Source: Batkoa obscura (Eukaryota). Taken from it: a stretch of DNA of 64,000 bases. This document shows, piece by piece, positions 1 to 10,979 of this stretch; position 1 is the first letter of the stretch, and every line of letters begins with the position of its first letter. A program made the translations under genes and the position numbers. Where the stretch lies: assembly GCA_030770535.1 (NCBI GenBank), contig JASVEC010000016.1:434001-498000 (forward strand), written 5' to 3'. The notes beneath the pieces are model-generated. The model was not told where the DNA came from and searched no databases. It was given only the letters and a program-made list of their open reading frames with translations.

Positions 1-1172
1 GAGGCTAAAAGCTTATTTAAATAAACATGCATTTAATATAACAAAGTAATGACACTGGTAACATAGAGTTTTAAAAACCGTTCCTAGGAGGTATTTCTTA
101 TCTAGAAGCATCTCCTTAAATATATGTTTTATTAAATAACGCTATTTAATAAGACATATATTTAATGTTTCAAGTTATTGTCATTTTTAAAGGATCCAAT
201 ATATTATAATCTTTTTATTATTCATTTTTTTAGTCATTTTGATCTATCAATATTTTAAGATAAAGACATAGTCGTATTAATGCCATATCAAAATAGATTA
301 TGTAAACATTGGAACGTTTTTAATAACTATAACATGTACTTAAGGATAGAACACTATTTAATAAATTTAGTCATTGATTAGACAATAATAATGATATATA
401 GATAAAAAAGAAGATAGAGAATCTTCTTAATTAAAGAGTTCATATAATTGGATAAAATAAGATGAAATTTTATCAACTTTTTAAAACAAAAATCCCTCAC
501 TTTTTTTTCTTACTTTTTAGTCGAAGTTACAATTACGCTGTAATTTTGTTAATTGAATTGCTTTATTAAGCAAAAATAATTAATTTAAATAAAAAAGGTC
601 ATAGCAACATCAATACGAATAAAAGTATTATAAAAATTCATTAAACAGCAATCAAATATAGCTAAACTAGGTTAAGGGTATGAGATGTTTATTAATAAGT
701 GCAACTGATACTACTCTATTTATAAATTTGAGTTATTTTTAATATATTTTTAATTTTAAGTTAAATTTCGATTTTTTAAATTTTTACAGACTTAAATTGT
801 TTTTACCCCAGTTTGACTACAGTGATTTGATAAGGGTTTAATAAAAAGAAAGGTAGAATTAACGGATAAAAAAGTAGTGAAATCAAAATCAACCAATTAA
901 ATGTACTCTTTTCATGCAATTTATTAACCTAATTTATCTTTTAATGTTCTAAAAAAGCTATATGAAGTAATGATAGGAAATGGATTAGTACCCAGAATAA
1001 ATGAAGGTTAATAGAATAAGAATAAAAGATATAAATAAGCATAGAATTTCAGTTACTTTTGTCATATTTTCTTTGTTTATACGAGATAATAACAGTATAT
1101 ATAAATAATAATTTACAAAGCTAGTCTTTTATTTTTTTATTAATTCCATAATTCAAATCAATTGTATCTAAT

Positions 1173-2111
1173 ATGAAACTAAATACATCAACTATTTTAT
1201 TAAGCTCAACTTTACTTTCTTCAGTATTATCCCATTCATGGATGGATTGTATTGGGGATGGAAATCAAAAGTATACTGGGCCAAATCAATATTTCAGTGA
1301 TGATTTCCATAAGTTTTGTATAGGTTTTGGACGTGGTTATCCAGGTAGAATGAATAGATGGATCAATGATATATATACTGTATTAGTTGAAAACCGAGGT
1401 GGAGCTAATCCAGCTGATTATAATGTTTGTAAAAAAACCCAAGTCTCTCAAAATTATACTAGTGAATTCCCAATGACTAAGACAAAGCCAGGTGCTAAAC
1501 TTAAGATTTGGTATGAATTAGATAATCATTATACCAAAAATCCAACTTATGTATATCTTTGGGGTTATGGCCAACCTGGTAAAGACATTAGTAAATACTC
1601 AGAACAAGTCGAAAGTAACTTAATTATGAAGCATGTATTTGCTTTACCTGATAATCAGAATTGTATGGACATTCATAATGCTAATTCCCTTTGTTGGTTC
1701 TATTGGACTGTTCCAGAAACTTATACAAATGGCATTTACTCCTTTATTTGGAACTGGAGATGGGATCAAAACCCAACTGGTGAAGAATATAATACTTGTT
1801 TTGATATTGAAATTCAAGGTGGTGATGATAAGAAGCCTGAACAAAGCACTTCCACTTATTCAACTAGTTCTGTAAATGTCCCAACTTCAGCTTCTTCAAC
1901 TTCTGAACAAACATCAGCTTCTTCAACTTCTGAACAAACATCAGTTTATTCAACTTCTGAGGAAACTCAAGTTACTACCCCAACCCCAGTTTATGAAATC
2001 CAACCTGAATACCCTATCCAAGAGCATAATTATTTTAAGCCAAAACCAGCTAAACTAGTACAAGGTGGTAGTAAAGAACCAACTAAGAAAAAATGCCATC
2101 AAAAATATTAA
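1173..2111 (+). CDS. Secreted protein with N-terminal His after signal peptide (LPMO-like His-brace candidate) and Ser/Thr-rich linker
   Basis: Signal peptide ...SSVLS|HSWMDC; second His in ELDNH; YSFIWNW...EEYNTCFDIEI C-terminal strand with ExY; TSASSTSEQ repeats; basic tail. Confidence 0.65.
   Translation: MKLNTSTILLSSTLLSSVLSHSWMDCIGDGNQKYTGPNQYFSDDFHKFCIGFGRGYPGRMNRWINDIYTVLVENRGGANPADYNVCKKTQVSQNYTSEFPMTKTKPGAKLKIWYELDNHYTKNPTYVYLWGYGQPGKDISKYSEQVESNLIMKHVFALPDNQNCMDIHNANSLCWFYWTVPETYTNGIYSFIWNWRWDQNPTGEEYNTCFDIEIQGGDDKKPEQSTSTYSTSSVNVPTSASSTSEQTSASSTSEQTSVYSTSEETQVTTPTPVYEIQPEYPIQEHNYFKPKPAKLVQGGSKEPTKKKCHQKY
1884..1965 (+). repeat. 27-bp coding tandem repeat (TSASSTSEQ) x3
   Basis: ac(t/a)tcagcttcttcaacttctgaacaa repeated; third copy diverged. 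Confidence 0.85.
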
Positions 2112-3019
2112 CTAGTTTAAAAAATCGAGCCTTGTATTGTACTCATGATAATTAATAAAAGCTTTTTATTAAAGTACTTTACTACCAAGTTATTTTTGAA
2201 TTTCTATTTTTATTTTTATTTTATTTTTTCTATTAAATTTTGTTATCTCAGAAATTTTCTTTATTAAACCCACCCATAAATTTTTGTTCCCATTTTATCC
2301 ATATCAACATGCTTTTGAACGTTTCGAAGTTCCAAATATTTGATTTAACTACTAATTGGAACCACCTCTCCATCCACCAATTTCATTTCACCACAATTAA
2401 CTAATAATAGTAATTTTGAATATGAAAAATAAATTAATTTTTAATTAAATACAATAATATTAAAAACTTAATATTACTTCTCTTAAGAAGAACAATAGGT
2501 ACTTAAACTTACTTTAGATATAAAAAATAATAGCTTCTAAATTCCCATTTTCTTATCTGAGTAATAATTTTTAAGCTGGGCTTTATTTTACCTCAATATC
2601 AGCTCCAGACTTAATAACTCAAAAACTTGGCATTATTTTTTATCTTGTGATTTAATTACAGTGGTTGCTTCTATTCATTAAATTTCACTATCTTATTTTC
2701 ATTCTACCGCTCAAGCTTACCATCATCATTCAATAGTTATTTCTGTATTAAATAGCTGTCCTTAAAAAGCTTGTTATTTTCAGTTCCATCGACCAAATAT
2801 GTTTTTGGACTTTTATATTAATATGATCTAAATGAGATCATTTAAAGCAGTTCAAAGTTATGGCTCTTTTCATTAAATTAGATCATACTTTAATGTATTA
2901 TAACTAAATGTATTACAATAAGGCTTGTTGGTTTAATTATTGTTACTGTGTCTTTGAGAAGAAATCAAATTAAAATCTATATTATTTTTAAAAATTTTAT
3001 TACAAATTAGTTTTATAAT

Positions 3020-3113
3020 GGGGATGTACTTTTTTAACAATTTTATTAACAATTTTTCATTTAAATAGCATTTAAAAAGCAAAAAAGTGATGAAGTCAAA
3101 AAAGACGCCCCCC
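3020..3113. mobile_element. ~97-bp MITE (Sola-like family)
   Basis: GGGGATGT...GACGCCCC termini, TAAT TSD on both sides. Confidence 0.85.
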
Positions 3114-4091
3114 TAATTATGTTAAATTTTATTAGCTGACGAATTTTTAGAAATTTTATCGAAATTATATTTAAGGTTATCAACTTCATTAACACTAACT
3201 AAATATTTAGTTAAATAAAGTTTAAGATGAAAATAGTATCACATTTTAATTGTTTACAGAATCATCTCTAATCATCTACTTATTTTTCTATTTGAAGGTG
3301 CTCAAAGCTTATTATTTTTAAAAATAAGTTTAAGAGACTAAAGGGCATTTAGAGAGGACTTTAATGGAATAAATATTGTTACCTAATTGTTCATCTTTTC
3401 AGAAAAGATTTCCTTCCATGAAATACACCATTTAATGCATAAAGAAAAGCCTTTTTTAAATGCTTCAAAGCTTGTGCCAAAGCACTTCATTAATCAGTAT
3501 TCTTGTTTAATTTGTATAGGCTTTTTATTTTGTTTGATAACTACTTTTTTAAAAAAAATCCAGAATTCTTTGAATTCTGTGCTTTCATTTGTGATAAAAT
3601 AAGAGAGGGATTATGGAAAATTCAGGGATAGCCTAGGGCGATTTTTAAGGAAATAGTCACAATCTGCAATAAAACTACTAATGGCTACTAGTAATACTTG
3701 ACAATCACTCTTAGCATTGTTACCAAAAGATAGTTTTCATACTAGCCAAATTTTCACTTGAGCTATGCCAAAGGAGCTGCAACTAACCAATTTAATTCAA
3801 TGCCTTCTTAAGATTTATTTGGTTAGCTGAAGCTAGCTGTATGCCAGAAATTTATACTAACCGTAACTTTGAAAAATATATTAATACGTTTCCCGACAAT
3901 AATGTGTTAATTTGCAGATGTTCCAATAACATAGGGAAAATAAAAGTACTTTTTTACATAAGTTGACTTTTAATGGCTTTTTAATATTATTTGATATTTA
4001 CATAATTCAATTTCCTATTATCGCTTATATATTTTTTAAAAGTTTGTTAAAATTAAACAGTATTTATAGAATATTGAATGAGCTATTATAT

Positions 4092-4189
4092 GGGGACGTA
4101 TTTTTGTATTTAAGAATTTTACTACCAAATTTTCCGCTTAAATAGCGCTTAAAAAATGGAAAAAATAATGAAGTTAAAAAAACAGTCTC
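4092..4189. mobile_element. ~97-bp MITE
   Basis: GGGGACGT...CAGTCTC termini, ATAT TSD. Confidence 0.9.
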
Positions 4190-4533
4190 ATATTGTAGAT
4201 TTATTTGCATCAGAAAATAACTAAATATAATATTGAACTTAAATTTTATCAATATTTATTTTTGATACCATAAAAGATAACATAATTTATTTGTATAAAA
4301 TTTCATAGAAATCAAGATAAGATTGTGAAGAGAAAAACCAAGAGATATAATAATAATTATTATTGTTCATACAAAAGGTATGACTTATTAAAGTCAATTA
4401 AACTCATGAAAGTAAAGAATAGAGGGTATACTTATATTGGGCTTAAGATTGATAAATACTATCAACTTTTAAAATACTATGTATAATAATCCAAGCACCA
4501 TAAGTGGTCAAACTGAAAAGAAATCTTATTGAT

Positions 4534-5988
4534 TTATGTAAAGTTGTCTTTATTTGATTTAATACATGTTTTTAGAGGCAACATAGTAGTATTGTTATCA
4601 ATTTCATGATAATGATTAAACATTTCAGCATTGTAATAGCCAGTATTAATATCTAATGGATTAGTTGGTTTAATAAGGATAGGTTCAATAATCATGCTTA
4701 CTGGCCTTTCTTCCTTCATTTTGTATTTATATAAAAATATTATAACTGCTGTTATTAGAATAATTCCGCTTATTCCACCTATAATTCCTCCTATTAATAA
4801 CTTATTGTTATCTAAATTCTTATTATTATTAGTGTTGTTTTCTTCATTACTGCCATTAGTAATATTGATACTCTCTTCTTTTTCTTCGATTAATGGAAGT
4901 AAACCATCAGTAGTTTCCCAGGTTTTTGTATCTAATATTAACATTTTATCTGTACTTTCACCAGTACCTGGAGTTATACTACCAAATTGATGACCAAATG
5001 AATTTATAATATAATTATTATAACTAGTAAAGCATCCCCAATGATTAAATGGGTTAATTTGTTTATTAATTTTTTTAAATGAAAATGTATTAAATTTAAA
5101 CTCATAGACGTCTATTATTCTTTTGTTCATATCTTTTAATCCTATAAAATATATTAATTGGTTAACTTTTACAAACGTTGAATCAAAATACATTAAACTA
5201 TTATTTAAATTATACGATTTCATATTATTTGATTTTAAATCTAATTCATATAAAATTTTATCAGCATATATCAATCCCCGGTGATCGTTTTTTGTTGTCA
5301 TTTCAAAGTAGTATAGCTTATTATTTAAAACAAACTTTAACTCAAAATAAACTTTCTTGCTTGTTTTATATATTGTTTTTAATTCCTTTGTTTTAATATT
5401 AAATGAATTCAATTGAAGTGATGTGTCTTCTTTTGAGTTGTTGTATTGAAAGCTTCCAGATATATAAAATTGATTCAAATCTTTCTCATCTTGTAATACA
5501 TAATATCTTTGAAAAGCACTACTTATGTTTATGTTTGATACATTAACTTTTGAATACAGTTTATTAACAATATCATTTTTATACCATCTATTGGATTCAA
5601 TATCAAAATAATTTGTAATTAGACCTAACCTATTAGGCTCATGATGAAAACTTACAATTGTCTTCTGTTTTTCCTCGTTTCCAATATAAAAGAAACTTGG
5701 ATCTAATTGACTTTTCGGTGAATTGATTGTATTATTTCTTTCCCATGGTGCTACATTCACGACTAATTTAAATCCTTTTTTTAAATTTAATGTAAATACT
5801 TCATGATTTTCTTTTAAAAAGTAATCAGTTCTTGGTGAATAGGTATTTCCGCATAGATAGTATAGCTTATCTTCAATTATCGTACATCCACCATAATCAA
5901 CCCTTGGCAATAAAGCATTTAATTTATAAAATAAGAAATTAATTGAAATTAAGAGTAATAGCATTCTAAAATGTATAAAATATAACAT
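4534..5988 (-). CDS. Kelch-like beta-propeller type I membrane protein (paralog of 20730..22157)
   Basis: 484-aa intronless ORF; signal peptide; GGCTIIEDKLYYLCG and HWGC...IINSFG blade motifs; single TM helix with GxxxG repeats; true start may be the second Met at 5964. Confidence 0.75.
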   Translation of the reverse strand: MLYFIHFRMLLLLISINFLFYKLNALLPRVDYGGCTIIEDKLYYLCGNTYSPRTDYFLKENHEVFTLNLKKGFKLVVNVAPWERNNTINSPKSQLDPSFFYIGNEEKQKTIVSFHHEPNRLGLITNYFDIESNRWYKNDIVNKLYSKVNVSNINISSAFQRYYVLQDEKDLNQFYISGSFQYNNSKEDTSLQLNSFNIKTKELKTIYKTSKKVYFELKFVLNNKLYYFEMTTKNDHRGLIYADKILYELDLKSNNMKSYNLNNSLMYFDSTFVKVNQLIYFIGLKDMNKRIIDVYEFKFNTFSFKKINKQINPFNHWGCFTSYNNYIINSFGHQFGSITPGTGESTDKMLILDTKTWETTDGLLPLIEEKEESINITNGSNEENNTNNNKNLDNNKLLIGGIIGGISGIILITAVIIFLYKYKMKEERPVSMIIEPILIKPTNPLDINTGYYNAEMFNHYHEIDNNTTMLPLKTCIKSNKDNFT

Positions 5989-6736
5989 TGGTGCTTTTTA
6001 TATCGTTGTCACCTGGGATCATTAAGTAGACCAATAATGTTGTATTTACTTATTTAATATATTGTATACATTACTTATTCTTAATATTACTTAAATTATC
6101 AATTCCACTTTATTATTAAATTTTGTTAAAGTAACAATTTTTAAAATTTTATGAAAATAATTACTTATCATGGCTAACACAGTTCTATATGAACAGAAAT
6201 ACTTATATCCTTGAGATAGCTATAACTATTGTTGATACAAAGACTATAGTCATAACACCAATCAAATATTTGAAAGATTAGTTAGTTAGTAAAGAGAAAT
6301 TTCAAGTCAAATAGTAGTTTATTGATTATATCAAATGCCTATTAAAATATGCTTTTATATAATTCTGAATTCATTTGATGCTTAGATTTAAACGTTGACC
6401 AAAGTACTGACCCTAAATCAGATATATAGGATATGTACTCAACATTACCTTGTTATCCTAAGGACACTTAATTAAAAAATGATACCTAGTATAAAGCGTT
6501 GTTATAACGGATTCTAATAAAACCACAAGGTTTAGGTTATAATATCAGTAAAAAAAGCTGCTTATGAAAAAACAACTCATGTTTAATTTTGACTAGATTT
6601 TATATTAAAGCAGTGTAAGCAATTAAACACTTGGATTTATTTATAGTGTATGATAACAATAAAAAGTAAGTTGTATCTAAAAATTTAATTTTAACACAAC
6701 TATCATCAATAATCAAATCTTTATTTTCAAGAATCA

Positions 6737-6766
6737 ATATAAATATAAATATAAATATAAATATAA
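6737..6766. repeat. (ATATAA)n microsatellite
   Basis: About five tandem hexamers. Confidence 0.8.
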
Positions 6767-6791
6767 ATAATAAGATATAGTACTTGTGACC

Positions 6792-8738
6792 TTAACAAAG
6801 TATATTACTAAATGTGGTCTTGAGTTTTGAGGGCAATTGAAGAGAATTAATAGCTGATTTTACTTTATTTACAGTGAACTCTATATCCATCCTATCTTTA
6901 TCTTTAGTAAGGCTCATCCCTAATTTATAAATTTGGAGCAATTCTATGATATTTATTTCAATTATATTGATAGCTTCATTGCCAATTAAACCTGAGGTAG
7001 GGATAGACGGAGAAGAAAGTATTTGTAATAAAGCATAAAACGAAAACAGTGGATACCTAAATTCTAAATTATACATTATTATTAAACAATCATAGGTATT
7101 ATAATTAATAACATGATGAGGTTGACTTTCGATATAGTCAGAAATTATCTTATATGTTTTTTCGTTTTGCAAGTTATCTATGTTCATTTTCTTAAATATA
7201 TCCTTAAAATAAACAAAAGCTAAAGCCCTATATATAAATAATGTCCTTAATGAAGTCTCTAATAAAGTTGGTATATATGTTAATGGAATATCTAGTTGAA
7301 TTGGTGTTTTATACATAGTTGGATATATTAAGAATAATTGGTGAAAATAAATTGATAGGCTTTTTCTAATTTCATGAACTGTTTTGAATATACATGAATA
7401 ATTACTAGAAAAGAGACATAAATAATTATCTATATTTATAGGCTCATTCCTATTTGTAATAATATTATTTAATGATTTAATTGAGCTCTTATAATATTTG
7501 TTAATATAATTTTGAACAAGATTAAATTTATCAAATGGCAAAATGAGTTTTGAATATGGTATATCATTTATATTCTTAACTCCTTTGAGATTTTTCTCAC
7601 GATGATCAAATATTAATGCATGTACTATAATCATTTGATTCTTATATAAACCGAGGGCTTTTTTACAACCATTTTTTTCATGATTAGTTTCTTTAAGTTG
7701 TCTCGCAGTTAAATGATAAATAAATTCAAATCCAGAAAGATCAAATTCTTTAATAAGTGGAAAATCACCATAAAACTCTTCACTAACTTTAGCTGAAAGT
7801 GCAATCCATGCCCATAATTTTTTCAAATCAACTAGGTATTTGATTTCCTTTTCACTTTTATTATATATTTCGTGATTAATTGAGTCTAGTTTATCGATCC
7901 CTAATATATATGACATCCTTACAAGTGAGCCTAAAATTTGATAAGATAGTTGATAATTGCTTTGAACCAGAAAAATATCGTATAGTACACCTAATGCCTT
8001 AAGGCTCTCAAAACTAGAATTATAGCAAGATTGAGAAATCAGAGGAAGTACACTATTTAAACAATTATGATAAATCTCACCAAAATTGTTTCCTGGTAAG
8101 ATTGTGTACTCAAAGCTCAATGATGTTATTATTGCTCTTGACATAAATCCTGGTTTTATTTGCTTTATGTACGAGACCAATTCTTTAGGCTCAAAATAAA
8201 AACCTGTTCCATAAACAAAGCAATCATGGTAATGTATACTAGTTTCTAAAAATGATCCATAGTCAAATGAATTTGGGGAATTTCCCACATGTTCAGTCCC
8301 TCTTCCAGCTCGGTTCCTTAAAGCTATATAATTAGAAGATGAAGAAAATTGATCACTTAAAGTTTCCTCAATTAAATAAAGTTTTCTTTTTAATGTTATC
8401 CCCTGATCACTCAAGTAGCTATCATCCTTCATATCATCTATGTTTTTATGTTTAAGCGTTTCTAGTACCCATTTCAAATATACTTTTAGTTCCAAAGCTG
8501 CATTTTGACTATAAAAAAGAGATTGTGGATACGAAAGAGGAAAATCATCATCACTAAATGAATCCAAAGTTTCAATCAATTTAAATATTCTACATAGCTG
8601 AGTCCCAAGCTCCTTTATTCCATTTTTCAAATCTTCCTCTCTTTGTTTTTGTTGAATTCTATCCTTCTGTCTCTTTTTACTTTTTACGATCTTGTTATTT
8701 ACAAATGAACAGTTGATTACTCTAAATTCTTTTAACAT
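6792..8738 (-). CDS. Fungal-specific transcription-factor-like protein (Fungal_trans-like middle region, no Zn2Cys6 visible)
   Basis: 648-aa ORF; LVRMSYILGID...LKKLWAWI resembles the middle homology region; basic N-terminus. Confidence 0.55.
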   Translation of the reverse strand: MLKEFRVINCSFVNNKIVKSKKRQKDRIQQKQREEDLKNGIKELGTQLCRIFKLIETLDSFSDDDFPLSYPQSLFYSQNAALELKVYLKWVLETLKHKNIDDMKDDSYLSDQGITLKRKLYLIEETLSDQFSSSSNYIALRNRAGRGTEHVGNSPNSFDYGSFLETSIHYHDCFVYGTGFYFEPKELVSYIKQIKPGFMSRAIITSLSFEYTILPGNNFGEIYHNCLNSVLPLISQSCYNSSFESLKALGVLYDIFLVQSNYQLSYQILGSLVRMSYILGIDKLDSINHEIYNKSEKEIKYLVDLKKLWAWIALSAKVSEEFYGDFPLIKEFDLSGFEFIYHLTARQLKETNHEKNGCKKALGLYKNQMIIVHALIFDHREKNLKGVKNINDIPYSKLILPFDKFNLVQNYINKYYKSSIKSLNNIITNRNEPINIDNYLCLFSSNYSCIFKTVHEIRKSLSIYFHQLFLIYPTMYKTPIQLDIPLTYIPTLLETSLRTLFIYRALAFVYFKDIFKKMNIDNLQNEKTYKIISDYIESQPHHVINYNTYDCLIIMYNLEFRYPLFSFYALLQILSSPSIPTSGLIGNEAINIIEINIIELLQIYKLGMSLTKDKDRMDIEFTVNKVKSAINSLQLPSKLKTTFSNILC

Positions 8739-8914
8739 TGTTGGTAATCTAATTTAACTCTTAAGTACTATTGGGGTATTAATTTACTCTAAATATTTTC
8801 AAAAAGGCTTTAATAACTGATTTGATATCAACAATATCAAAAGATTATATTTGTTCCAATTGCCTTGTATCAAATTTATTATATATTCTTATTGGTTGGT
8901 AAATTTTAAAAAAT

Positions 8915-9011
8915 GGTGATGTATTTTGTATTTAAGGATTTTACTAACAAATGTTCTACTCAAATAGCGTTTAAAAGATGAAAAAAGTAATGAAGCCAAA
9001 AAAACATCTCC
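8915..9011. mobile_element. ~97-bp MITE
   Basis: GGTGATGT...ACATCTCC, AAAT TSD. Confidence 0.9.
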
Positions 9012-9637
9012 AAATAGTTTTACCAAACATTGTTCAGATTGTTCCTAAAAGCTGATTTAATAAATCAGCTACTGACAATTTCTTGACTACTCAATTGTAT
9101 GTCTTAAAGCAAACCTCAAATAAAAAACTGTAAAAAAAGTTTTTTTGAATAAGACACTAGAGATAATAAACTAAGTCGCTGATTTTCAGGCTCTTCCAAA
9201 CTCATAGCCTAAGATGCCATTGGATTAATCAATCATCTAAGGTTTTTATATTTTTATTTGATTTGCAAGATGTTTGGATTCTTCAATGGCAAAAATGATA
9301 CGTATTTATTTAATAAAAACAATTGATATTCATATAAGGCTATGGATATACCATTGCTCTTATTTAATTCTATCCGTTGTTACTCTTTGACTTAAACAAA
9401 CTTTAGTGCTTTTAAGTACTATGTTTCTATATAATAACAGTACATCAATATGTCAATATTTTATCTTACGAACATAATTATAGTTATGTGACTATAAAGA
9501 ATATCTAACATTCACAATAAATTGACAGAATGGATAAATAATTTTAAAAGTATGATACGTTATAATGCTTCTATAACTCTAATTACTTTAATTCTCAGTG
9601 AGATAAGATACAAAGTACCAAAATCAGATCATGATTT

Positions 9638-9736
9638 GGGGATGTATTTTTGTGTTTAAGAATTTTACTACCAAATTTTCCGCTTAAATAGTGCTTAAAA
9701 AATGGAAAAAATAATGAAGTAAAAAAAAACACTCCC
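9638..9736. mobile_element. ~97-bp MITE
   Basis: GGGGATGT...ACACTCCC, ATTT TSD. Confidence 0.9.
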
Positions 9737-9788
9737 ATTTGATAACTATAACATTTAGTATTCAAATTTATAAAATTTTATTTAAAAT

Positions 9789-10979
9789 TCAAGTAGCTCC
9801 ATTAAATGCAATACGGTTTGGAGTTTGGTTTCCAGGGTTAGTGACCAAGCCTGTAGTTGCCAAAGTCAAGATTTTTTTGGTTACAGTGTCTGGATTTAAA
9901 GATTCATTTGAATAAAAGTAAGCAGCAAGCCCAGCAACATGTGGGGAAGCAAAAGCGGAGCCAGTTAAAGTTTTTAATCCACCATCATTCCATGTAGAAA
10001 TAACGTTTTGTCCAGGGGCATATAAGTCGACACAAGTACCATAGTTAGATGAAAGGGACCCAGAGTCATTCATATTCAAAGCTGCAACGTTGATGGCTTC
10101 TGGAGTAGACCCAGGCGAAAAATTGCATGCATCGCTATTACTATTTCCAACCGCAGTTACTATACTAACGCCATTCAGATGTGCTGATTTTACAGCGCTA
10201 TTTAAAGCCTGTGATAAACTACCACCGATTGAAAGATTGATAACGTTTCCTCTTTTCCCTCTTTTATCTTTTACCACCCAATTAATACCAGCTATTACAT
10301 TTGATGTAGCGCCTGCACCTGTGGAATCTAAAACTTTCACAGCTATAAGTTGCGCCTTTTTAGCTACACCATAAGTTTTAGCTCCAACAATACCAGCAAC
10401 AAAGGTGCCTTGTCCATGGTTATCATTGTTGCTTGGGTCTGATGAAAATTTGGCACCAAAGATAGCACGGCCTTCAAATTCTGGATGAGAAGTGTATATC
10501 CCTGTGTCAGCAATATAAACTGAAACTCCAGAACCATCCCCGAAATAAGTGTAATCATCAGTTAACAAAACTTTTTGCGAAATTCTTGCTAAATTCCAAG
10601 GAGCATGTGGTTGAATTGAACTAATACTCATAGTGTCAGTTTTTTCATTAGATTTGACTTTTACAATACTATCGTTTTCAACATAAGAAACTTCTGGTAA
10701 GGAACGAACTTGAGCAACCACTTCATTAGAAAGCTGTGCTGAATAGAAATTGCCCAAAGAGTTATATATATAGTTGATTTTATTCTGTCCAGAACGATTT
10801 TTGAATAATGAACGGACACTATTTAAATGAGAATCAAGAGTAATACGATTACTATCCTTAAGCTTAATGATATAACTTCCTTCAATTATTCCATTCTCAG
10901 AAGCTATCAATGAATCAAAAGCTGAAACAGAAGATAGGAGGAGGAAGTTTGAAATATGAACAGAGATAAAAAATTTCAT
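9789..10979 (-). CDS. Secreted subtilisin (S8A, proteinase K-like) homolog with I9 propeptide; catalytic His->Gln and Ser->Ala
   Basis: Signal peptide; YIIKLK...VSYVEND propeptide; PWNLARISQ; DTG; GQGTFVAG (canonical GHGTHVAG); AVGN; GSAFASPHVAG (canonical GTSMASPHVAG). Confidence 0.92.
   Translation of the reverse strand: MKFFISVHISNFLLLSSVSAFDSLIASENGIIEGSYIIKLKDSNRITLDSHLNSVRSLFKNRSGQNKINYIYNSLGNFYSAQLSNEVVAQVRSLPEVSYVENDSIVKVKSNEKTDTMSISSIQPHAPWNLARISQKVLLTDDYTYFGDGSGVSVYIADTGIYTSHPEFEGRAIFGAKFSSDPSNNDNHGQGTFVAGIVGAKTYGVAKKAQLIAVKVLDSTGAGATSNVIAGINWVVKDKRGKRGNVINLSIGGSLSQALNSAVKSAHLNGVSIVTAVGNSNSDACNFSPGSTPEAINVAALNMNDSGSLSSNYGTCVDLYAPGQNVISTWNDGGLKTLTGSAFASPHVAGLAAYFYSNESLNPDTVTKKILTLATTGLVTNPGNQTPNRIAFNGAT

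Noticed and set aside
3963..4252. Short ORFs (also 43334..43522 and 54025..54213) sharing similar peptides
   Set aside because: The similarity comes from read-through of the MITE sequence
10090..10558. Antisense or alternate-frame ORFs inside the subtilisin (likewise 1633-2058, 4694-5396, 23655-24339, 46343-46642, 53597-53863, 55164-55592)
   Set aside because: Shadow frames of real genes with no independent motifs
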